From contig JACKGA010000003.1 of the NCBI GenBank assembly GCA_020632195.1, positions 3,832 through 67,831 of the forward strand: a stretch of DNA of 64,000 nucleotides. Reading direction: 5' to 3'. A program made the position numbers and the translations under genes. Source of the DNA: Candidatus Nomurabacteria bacterium (GTDB lineage: Bacteria; Patescibacteriota; Minisyncoccia; Phycocordibacterales; UBA1006). The notes beneath the pieces are model-generated. The model was not told where the DNA came from. It searched no databases and saw only the letters and a list, made by a program, of their open reading frames with translations. Positions 60,165 to 64,000 of this stretch are shown here, piece after piece. Numbering within the stretch: the stretch's first letter is position 1; each line of letters begins with the position of its first letter.

Positions 60165-60170
60165 AGGTAC

Positions 60171-60179
60171 ATGATAGCA
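60171..60179 (-). promoter_or_regulatory. Extended -10 (TGcTATCAT) 6 nt before the ATG (leaderless-type)
   Basis: Minus strand tgctatcat-gtacct-ATG. Confidence 0.45.
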
Positions 60180-60207
60180 GAAAAATACTCGAGTACTAGG
60201 CTCGAGC
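60178..60207 (-). terminator. Intrinsic terminator of glyQS
   Basis: CTCGAG-cctagta-CTCGAG followed by UAUUUUU on the minus strand. Confidence 0.55.
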
Positions 60208-60212
60208 ATTTT

Positions 60213-61580
60213 TTATTTTAATTTTTCATTCATCCACTCCACCAATTCACTGATTGCCACGCGCTCCTGGTCGGTTGTATCACGATTGCGTATACTCACG
60301 GCACCATCTTCAAAGGTATCAAAATCAATAACGACACAGTACGGTGTCCCAATTTCATCTTGACGGCGATAGCGTTTTCCAATATTTCCATTATCATCCC
60401 AAGCTACATTGCCAAATTCTTTTTTCAGAAGAGTAAAGATTTCTTGTGCTTTTCCTACGAGTTCTGGCTTGTTTTTCAAAAGTGGAGACACCGCAATTTT
60501 GTACGGAGCGACCGCAGGAGTAAGGGCAAGGTAGGTACGTGTTTCGCCATTAACCTCATCTTCACGATACGCCGAGAGCAAAACTGCAAGAATGGTACGA
60601 TCAAGCCCCATCGATGGTTCGATTACATGTGGGACAAATGTTTCTCCGGTAGCATCATCGGTGTACTGGAGTTTTGTTTTACTATACTCAGCATGTTTTT
60701 TGAGATCGTAATCAGTGCGATATGCCAAACCATACAATTCTTTTTGTCCAAAAGGAAAATCAAATTCAAAATCAATAGTTCGGTCAGAGTAGTGTGCACG
60801 ATCGGCTCCTTCGATTTCTACTTCATGAAGTTTGGTCGTATCTAAACCAATCATAGTACACCATTGATTCATCTGTTCTTTCCAGTAGTCAAAATGTTCT
60901 TGCCAATCCATTGGATTGATAAAATATTCAACTTCCATTTGTTCTAATTCACGCAAGCGGAAAATAAAATTACGTGGCGTAATTTCATTGCGATACGCTT
61001 TCCCAATCTGCGCAACACCAAATGGAAGTTTAGGATGCATACTGTCCATAATATTTTTATAGTTCACGAAAATCCCCTGTGCTGTTTCAGGGCGTAGATA
61101 TGCGATAGATGATGACTCAGATGAAGAGCCAAGCTGGGTTTTCAGCATAAGGTTGAATTCTCGCACGGGGCCAAGAGCATTGCCTTCTGGAGAAAGAATA
61201 TTGTTATCTACAAAAGCCTGCGTCATATCTTCTAAAGACATATTGGCTGGATCAATACCAGCTTCTTCGAGAATATGGTCAGCACGATATTCTTTGCCTG
61301 TTTTGAGGTCATCTACCAATGGATCAGAAAATCCCCCCACGTGACCCGAGGCGGTCAGTGGCTTTTCACCCATCACAATAGACGAATCGAGCAAATACAT
61401 GTCTGTACGACTATGTACGAATTTTTCGAGCCATAGATTTTTTACATTATTCTTGAGTAACGATCCTAATGGCCCGTAGTCAAAAAATCCCGCCAAACCG
61501 CCATATAATTCTCCCGCTTGAAAAATAAATCCACGACGTTTACATAATGACACTATTGTTTCCATAAGATTTTCTTGCAT
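60213..61580 (-). CDS. glyQS: Glycyl-tRNA synthetase, class II dimeric type
   Basis: IVSLCKRRGFIFQAGELYGGLAGFFDYGPLG, FRLRELEQME, GLDR; alternative ATG at 61565. Confidence 0.9.
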   Translation of the reverse strand: MQENLMETIVSLCKRRGFIFQAGELYGGLAGFFDYGPLGSLLKNNVKNLWLEKFVHSRTDMYLLDSSIVMGEKPLTASGHVGGFSDPLVDDLKTGKEYRADHILEEAGIDPANMSLEDMTQAFVDNNILSPEGNALGPVREFNLMLKTQLGSSSESSSIAYLRPETAQGIFVNYKNIMDSMHPKLPFGVAQIGKAYRNEITPRNFIFRLRELEQMEVEYFINPMDWQEHFDYWKEQMNQWCTMIGLDTTKLHEVEIEGADRAHYSDRTIDFEFDFPFGQKELYGLAYRTDYDLKKHAEYSKTKLQYTDDATGETFVPHVIEPSMGLDRTILAVLLSAYREDEVNGETRTYLALTPAVAPYKIAVSPLLKNKPELVGKAQEIFTLLKKEFGNVAWDDNGNIGKRYRRQDEIGTPYCVVIDFDTFEDGAVSIRNRDTTDQERVAISELVEWMNEKLK

Positions 61581-61652
61581 ATGTTCCCAAGTGTAGAACA
61601 AACCGAGAACGCGGGCAAGCAATGTATTGTTCTTGAGACAAGAGGCTCTCGA

Positions 61653-61682
61653 TATGTGTTATCCCTGCGGAGGCGGGGCCCA
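61653..61682. repeat. Second copy of the GC-rich palindromic repeat (GTGTTATCCCTGC-ggag-GCGGGGCCCAT)
   Basis: Aligns with 55418-55448; the stem keeps pairing through a C-to-T change that gives a G-U pair on the plus strand only. Confidence 0.6.
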
Positions 61683-61793
61683 TTACTTGAATATTCACTA
61701 AAAACAACTTTAACCGCTATTTACGGGACTGGTATGGTCCCCAGTCTAAGCCTGGGATGGGCAAAGCTTTCTGCGCATCAATAAATTTTATAC

Positions 61794-61826
61794 AAAAAAT
61801 CCCCCATGGTCTATGAGGGCTTTTTA
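61794..61826 (-). terminator. Intrinsic terminator (bidirectional form)
   Basis: aaaaaatcccccat-ggtct-atgagggcttttt. Confidence 0.65.
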
Positions 61827-61835
61827 AAAGAGTTC

Positions 61836-62540
61836 CTATTCAGCTTTAGTCCGAGCAGATGATAATCCGTTTAGTATTAACGCTATGGCTAGTCCTGCTA
61901 CACACGCAGTAATAAATACTGGTGTCATATATATATATGACACTACTGCCATAACTATGATCGAGGTAATGAAAAAAGTTATTTTTCCAAATTTTTCATT
62001 AACAGCAGCAGCAACAGCAACAACAGCAACAGCAACAACAGCAACAACAGGAACAGCAGCAACAGCAGCAGCAGGAACAGCAACAGGAACAGCAGCAGGA
62101 ACAGCAGCAACAGCAGCAGAAGCAACAACAGCAGCAACAGCAGCAACAGCATCAATCTTCAGCATCAAATACCCAAAGAAGAAATAGTATGCAAATACTG
62201 TAATGATAAAAACCCAGGCAGGTTCCATTGGGAAAATTATTTTTATCACTGACTGAGCGATGTTCTTCTGTTCTTCGTGGGAATAGAAGAATTGTGTTAC
62301 ATCTTCTACTTTTTGGAATTGAAAACCACTAAATTGGTAGTCGATTTCTGATGAAGTGACTACGGTATCACCATAGAACGCATAATAGTTTTGTTCTAAG
62401 GTGAAGATGGAGTCTACTACTTCATCTGGAATAATCTTTAGATTATTCGCATCAGAAGCTGTCATGTAGATGTCTTTTGCATCTACTGGCGTGCTCATAA
62501 TAGCTACTATTATGAGCACAAGAAATTTTAGTCTATTCAT
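61836..62540 (-). CDS. Signal-peptide membrane protein with a ~50-aa poly(Ala/Val/Pro) segment
   Basis: MNRLKFLVLIIVAIMSTPVDA signal; AVAAVAAVVASAAVAAVPAAVPVAVPAAAVAAVPVVAVVAVAVVAVAAAV. Confidence 0.55.
   Translation of the reverse strand: MNRLKFLVLIIVAIMSTPVDAKDIYMTASDANNLKIIPDEVVDSIFTLEQNYYAFYGDTVVTSSEIDYQFSGFQFQKVEDVTQFFYSHEEQKNIAQSVIKIIFPMEPAWVFIITVFAYYFFFGYLMLKIDAVAAVAAVVASAAVAAVPAAVPVAVPAAAVAAVPVVAVVAVAVVAVAAAVNEKFGKITFFITSIIVMAVVSYIYMTPVFITACVAGLAIALILNGLSSARTKAE
62001..62151. repeat. Imperfect trinucleotide repeat (ACA/GCA/GGA on plus; GCU/GUU/CCU codons on minus)
   Basis: About 150 nt made almost only of aca, gca and gga triplets. Confidence 0.85.
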
Positions 62541-62612
62541 TATTTTTAATTTTTGTTTAGTACATTTTAATGTACTTTATCCCATGTGTCAAGCTTGCGA
62601 GAAAGCATCTGG

Positions 62613-64000
62613 CTACTCAACAAACCCATTATCTTCAATTGAATCACCTAGGAGTTTGGTGCTATGAGGTAATTTTATTGACTGTAAGAGCTGATTGGTA
62701 AAGCTGTCGGTTGCAGTCATAGTCACCTGGCGCGTCAAATCTAGGCGTTGCCCCACATCAGCTGATGATGGGGTTACAGATATCTGGAAATATACATCAC
62801 GTGCAGGCGATCCGAATCCAGCTCCGTTAACCACAGAACCTATATCCCAGATGATTTCTCGTGTTTCAGTATTGTAGGTGATGCGCTCTGACTGCGGAGA
62901 AGTCTGCCCTGTCCAAGCAACATATGATGGCAAAACAGTACGTACCTGAGCATCTGTCAGTGCATTTGATGAATTATGAATATCCCAATGAATGGTATAT
63001 GTTGTTGGTTGTCCAACAGAAAGAGGAACACTACCGACATTGGGGAGTGGACCTGATGCATGGAGCGTTTGCTGTTCAAGCACAGCATTACTATTGAGCA
63101 CAATCGTACGAGAGGTAACATTCTGAGCTTCATAAATTGTCCCATCCTGTCCCGTTGCTCGGATGTGTACTACCAGCTGCATGGAAGGATTGACCGTATT
63201 TTCTATGTCGCTTCCCTTAATATCGAAAGAAAAAGTGAGTGTCCTCTGTGTCCCCTGAGTTAGGAGGCTCAGGTTTGGTTCAGAATCTTGGGTCCACGAG
63301 AGTTGTCCCGTATTGGAATCATAACGACCACGTTCGATACGAATAGTATCTGGGTCATATAACTGCCCATCAAGCTCAACAATCACACGTACATCGGATA
63401 GATTTGTTGGGAGGGTATTGGTAAGCCCAATACTTCCTCGGACCGTATCATTACTATCATAAGCGACAATACTGTCACTAGACTGATCGAGTCGCGTATC
63501 TAAAGCCAAGAATGAATCTTCCAGAGTGATACTGTGAGAGCGTGAGCTATAAACGGTGTCCAGAGCAAGCACATCTGAGATATCCCTTTTCCCTACTTTT
63601 GCACGAAACGTGGCACTTTGACCAATTTCACCTTGCATTTGTCCGGTGACGGTTATCTGACGAATATCCCCCACCGTCAGCGCACCAAGATCCCACGAGG
63701 TAGTCCCGTAGGTCGGGGGTATTGATGCTGACTTGAAGATAAAACCAGAAGGATACTCAAGAGTAAGCCCCGTGCTCTGCAGTGGATCTTCGACATTACT
63801 AATAATAGAAATATTTAGAGTAATGTCTTGACCCGCCACCAAACGCTCAGGAGCATCGATCAATACAACAGCTGGGGCTGATCGAATACCCACCAGCACA
63901 TCTTCTGATTTTGTAAAAATAGCACTTGAGCCTGCAACGCGATATTCAAGCACTACGGTAATAGCTCGCTGATCTCCCTCTGCGCCAAAAAGGCGAATAT
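62613..64000 (-). CDS. Large surface/adhesin-like protein with Ig-like beta-sandwich repeats; 5' end beyond the window
   Basis: Frame stays open from the GTG at 63953 to base 64000; T/S/V-rich repeats (ITLNISII, LTFSFDIKG, YFQISVTP). Confidence 0.6.
   Translation of the reverse strand, partial: IRLFGAEGDQRAITVVLEYRVAGSSAIFTKSEDVLVGIRSAPAVVLIDAPERLVAGQDITLNISIISNVEDPLQSTGLTLEYPSGFIFKSASIPPTYGTTSWDLGALTVGDIRQITVTGQMQGEIGQSATFRAKVGKRDISDVLALDTVYSSRSHSITLEDSFLALDTRLDQSSDSIVAYDSNDTVRGSIGLTNTLPTNLSDVRVIVELDGQLYDPDTIRIERGRYDSNTGQLSWTQDSEPNLSLLTQGTQRTLTFSFDIKGSDIENTVNPSMQLVVHIRATGQDGTIYEAQNVTSRTIVLNSNAVLEQQTLHASGPLPNVGSVPLSVGQPTTYTIHWDIHNSSNALTDAQVRTVLPSYVAWTGQTSPQSERITYNTETREIIWDIGSVVNGAGFGSPARDVYFQISVTPSSADVGQRLDLTRQVTMTATDSFTNQLLQSIKLPHSTKLLGDSIEDNGFVE

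Noticed and set aside
61581-61790. T-box riboswitch upstream of glyQS
   Set aside because: No AGAGA/GA-motif stem I and no T-box sequence (GGGUGGnACCnCG). The region contains ACCA rather than the UGGN needed to pair with the tRNA 3' end.
61885-62187. Plus-strand Thr/Ala-rich 100-aa ORF across the trinucleotide repeat
   Set aside because: It is the mirror frame of the repeat. The minus-strand ORF is longer, has a signal peptide and TM helices, and is bracketed by a terminator.

Overview
Dense, mostly minus-strand chromosomal segment with about 70 CDS and standard stop codons (TGA, TAA and TAG all end conserved genes). It looks like a small-genome Patescibacteria/CPR-like bacterium. That placement is an inference from several traits. 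The spc-type ribosomal operon (S14Z-S8-L6-L18-S5-L15-SecY) has no L30 gene. A 23S-5S rRNA pair has no adjacent 16S or tRNAs. The UMP kinase is archaeal-type and there is a UPF0200-like kinase. There are many signal-anchored orphan surface proteins. Shine-Dalgarno motifs are almost absent, and many -10 boxes sit only 6-10 nt before the ATG. Housekeeping content: ABC-F ATPase, DEAD-box and Pif1-like helicases, EngB, UppP, TruB, infC-rpmI-rplT, a beta-CASP RNase, two tandem NDK paralogs, Map, Adk, FolD, FtsW/RodA, EF-P, rpsF-ssb-rpsR, TatD, MetRS, GlyRS. Most notable observations: (1) a 309-nt ORF-less group I intron splits the 23S gene at E. coli position 2593; (2) a thiol-disulfide cluster holds an apparently circularly permuted DsbA-like protein, a VKOR-type thioredoxin domain with no VKOR, and an unclassified membrane protein carrying an intramembrane CSAC motif; (3) an AT-rich gene with a T9SS (Bacteroidota-type) C-terminal sorting domain sits where the upstream half of the ribosomal operon should be; (4) a LOG/SLOG-like gene is followed by two small multi-TM genes; (5) a 125-nt hairpin-rich element plus intrinsic terminator lies directly upstream of the RNase gene; (6) there is an IS200-type element, a GC-rich palindromic repeat family, a trinucleotide-repeat-encoded poly(Ala/Val) segment and a recurrent TGTGTAYAMT promoter motif. 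All family calls come from motif reading by eye; no database search was run.
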